Assembly (NCBI GenBank): GCA_028280455.1
Contig: JANQLT010000186.1
Span: 9,559-73,558, forward strand
DNA length: 64,000 nucleotides
DNA from: Kiloniellales bacterium
Lineage (GTDB): Bacteria; Pseudomonadota; Alphaproteobacteria; Kiloniellales; JAKSDN01
Direction: 5' to 3'
Under the pieces are notes generated by a model that was given only the letters and a program-made list of their open reading frames with translations, searched no databases and was not told the origin of the DNA. Shown piece after piece: positions 62,475 through 64,000 of this stretch; the first letter of the stretch is position 1, and each line of letters opens with the position of its first letter. Made by a program: the position numbers and the translations under genes.

Positions 62475-63779
62475 ATGACTCACGCGACATACAAGACCCT
62501 CTCCAGCATCCGCCGCGAGTTCCTCCTGGGCTCCGTGATCCTCTCCGGCCTGGTCATCGGCGTCGGCGGCTGGGCGGCCTCGGCCTCGGTGTCGAGCGCG
62601 GTGATCGGCACGGGCGAGGTGGTCCTCGACGGCAACCAGAAGCAGGTCCAGCACCTCGAGGGCGGCATCGTCGAGGACATCCGGGTTCGCGAGGGCCAGA
62701 TCGTCGAGGCCGGCGAGCTGCTCGTCCGGCTCGACGGCACGGCGGACCGGGCACGACTACTGGAGCTCGGCGCCAAGCTGAACGAGCTGATTGCCCGGCG
62801 CGCGCGGCTGCGCGCCGAGGCGAGCGGCGCCGAGGCCATGGAGAGCGTGGCCGGACCGGGCGGCGGCCTGGCCGATCTGAACAGAGAGGCCATCGTGCGC
62901 CATCAGCGCGACATGTTCGCGGCCCGGCGGCAGGCGCGGGAGGCGCAGATCACCGTCTTCCGGCGCAAGATCGAGCAGCTCGCGGCCGTCGCCGACAACC
63001 TGCGCGCGCGTGTCGCCGCCAAGCGCGAGCAGACCAGCCTGCTCGGCAAGGACATCGCCAACACGGAGTCCCTGGTCGAGAAGGGGCACGCGACCCATAC
63101 CCAGCTCCGCGCCCTGCGCCGCGAGCTGGAAGAGGTTCGGGCCGACATGGGCGGCTTCGCCGCCGAGATCGGCCGCGCCGAGATCGAGGCCGCCGAAGCC
63201 GAGCTGCGCATCGCCCAGATCGGCATCGAGTTCCGCGAGCAGGCGGTGGCGGAGCTCGGCGAGGTCGAGACCGCGATCCAGGCCATGAGCGAGCAGTACC
63301 GCGCCGCCGAAGACCGGCTGCGCCGGCTCGAGGTGCGCGCGCCGCAGAGCGGCCGCGTGCTGGCGCTCGAGGTGCACACCCGGCGCGGCGTCGTGCAGCC
63401 GGGCCAGAGCATGATGCGCATCGTCCCCGAGGACGCCCTGATCATCGAGGCGCGCGTCGAGCCGCAGAGCATCGATCGGCTGCAGCCCGGCCAGACGGCC
63501 AACGTCCGCCTGTCGGCCTTCAACCAGCAGACGACGCCGGAGCTTCTCGGCCAGGTCGAGACCATCTCGGCCGACCGCCTGCACGATTCGGCGACCTCGC
63601 AGTCCTACTACCTGGCACGGGTGCGGGTCTCCAAGGACGAGCTGGCCAGGCTGGGCGACAAGGAACTGGTCCCCGGCATGCCGGCCGAGGTCTTCTTCGA
63701 AGGCGGCGAGCGCACGGTCCTCAGCTACCTGGTCAAGCCGCTCTCCGACCAGCTCGAGCGTTCCTTCCGGGAGGAATGA
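62475..63779 (+). CDS. Type I secretion membrane fusion protein (HlyD family)
   Basis: N-terminal TM, long coiled-coil, and a C-terminal ...PGMPAEVFFEGGERTVLSYLVKPL motif typical of HlyD/PrtE. Confidence 0.9.
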   Translation: MTHATYKTLSSIRREFLLGSVILSGLVIGVGGWAASASVSSAVIGTGEVVLDGNQKQVQHLEGGIVEDIRVREGQIVEAGELLVRLDGTADRARLLELGAKLNELIARRARLRAEASGAEAMESVAGPGGGLADLNREAIVRHQRDMFAARRQAREAQITVFRRKIEQLAAVADNLRARVAAKREQTSLLGKDIANTESLVEKGHATHTQLRALRRELEEVRADMGGFAAEIGRAEIEAAEAELRIAQIGIEFREQAVAELGEVETAIQAMSEQYRAAEDRLRRLEVRAPQSGRVLALEVHTRRGVVQPGQSMMRIVPEDALIIEARVEPQSIDRLQPGQTANVRLSAFNQQTTPELLGQVETISADRLHDSATSQSYYLARVRVSKDELARLGDKELVPGMPAEVFFEGGERTVLSYLVKPLSDQLERSFREE

Positions 63780-63844
63780 CGGTCCCGAAACGCAAGCGGG
63801 GAGGTGCCGATAGAACGGCATCTCACTGTCCCCGACCGACCCTC

Positions 63845-63896
63845 AGGGCCCTGGCCACCGGTCTCCCTCGAGACCGCCCGTCCAGGGCCTTTTTTC
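63845..63896 (+). terminator. Rho-independent-like terminator
   Basis: AGGGCCCTGG ... CCAGGGCC stem (with an inner GGTCTC/GAGACC hairpin), followed by TTTTTT. Confidence 0.5.
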
Positions 63897-64000
63897 GTTG
63901 AATATCAGGCGATTAGAAACTGAAACAAAGCGCTTACAAAGTCGTCGACTAAGGACACAAGCGAGCAAAAGGGGGCGCCTACATCAGACGACATGGACCG

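Noticed and set aside
59419-63821. Minus-strand ORFs 59419..60834, 60743..62476 and 62757..63821
   Set aside because: They run antisense to the OCD-family, T1SS ABC and HlyD genes. They have no motifs and span intergenic regions implausibly.

Overview
This is high-GC (about 65%), densely coding proteobacterial DNA, probably alphaproteobacterial, built as a mosaic of accessory modules.

(1) 0-3 kb: the tail of a Dpp/Opp-type peptide ABC importer.

(2) 3.1-3.9 kb: a low-GC patch holding a decayed serine-recombinase remnant.

(3) 3.9-24.4 kb: two independent catabolic modules, each built around an ATP-dependent hydantoinase/oxoprolinase-family HyuA/HyuB pair.
- The first is wired into a PotABCD-like ABC importer, with a MocR regulator and an Asd paralogue.
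- The second has a TRAP transporter, a GntR regulator and a PLP decarboxylase.
- The block ends in an internally deleted AstE/AspA-family pseudogene and an orphan 3' half of an initiator-type tRNA-Met, a probable island att scar.

(4) 25-50 kb: a denitrification island.
- An FnrP-like regulator sits with a multicopper oxidase, next to a TrpD2-like gene.
- A full nirS/haem d1 set is present (nirE-C-F-D-L-G-H-J-N plus cbiX).
- nirS is followed by a NirT tetrahaem protein fused to an extra haem domain, then a cupredoxin.
- A long operon encodes a ba3-like haem-copper oxidase that lacks the cross-link Tyr, a candidate non-canonical NO reductase. It also carries CtaB, an SCO chaperone (a second, canonical SCO gene lies just upstream, separated from the operon by a TTGAC-N4-GTCAA box), an unusual cytochrome b::2x[4Fe-4S]::MvhD fusion, a small membrane protein and a bacteriohemerythrin.
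- An NnrR/DNR-like regulator and an HHE di-iron protein are also present.
- Five perfect TTGAC-N4-GTCAA boxes link these units.
- Two ~155-bp palindromic REP-like elements in inverted orientation bracket the nir module.

(5) 50-64 kb: a TetR-controlled acyl-CoA module, a Liv-type ABC importer, an ornithine-cyclodeaminase-family enzyme and a type I secretion ABC/MFP pair.

I saw no rRNA, intact tRNA, CRISPR array or intact transposase. All family calls rest on motif recognition by eye, and no database search was run. Short-motif coordinates may be off by 1-2 nt. The many long antisense ORFs are GC-driven shadows.
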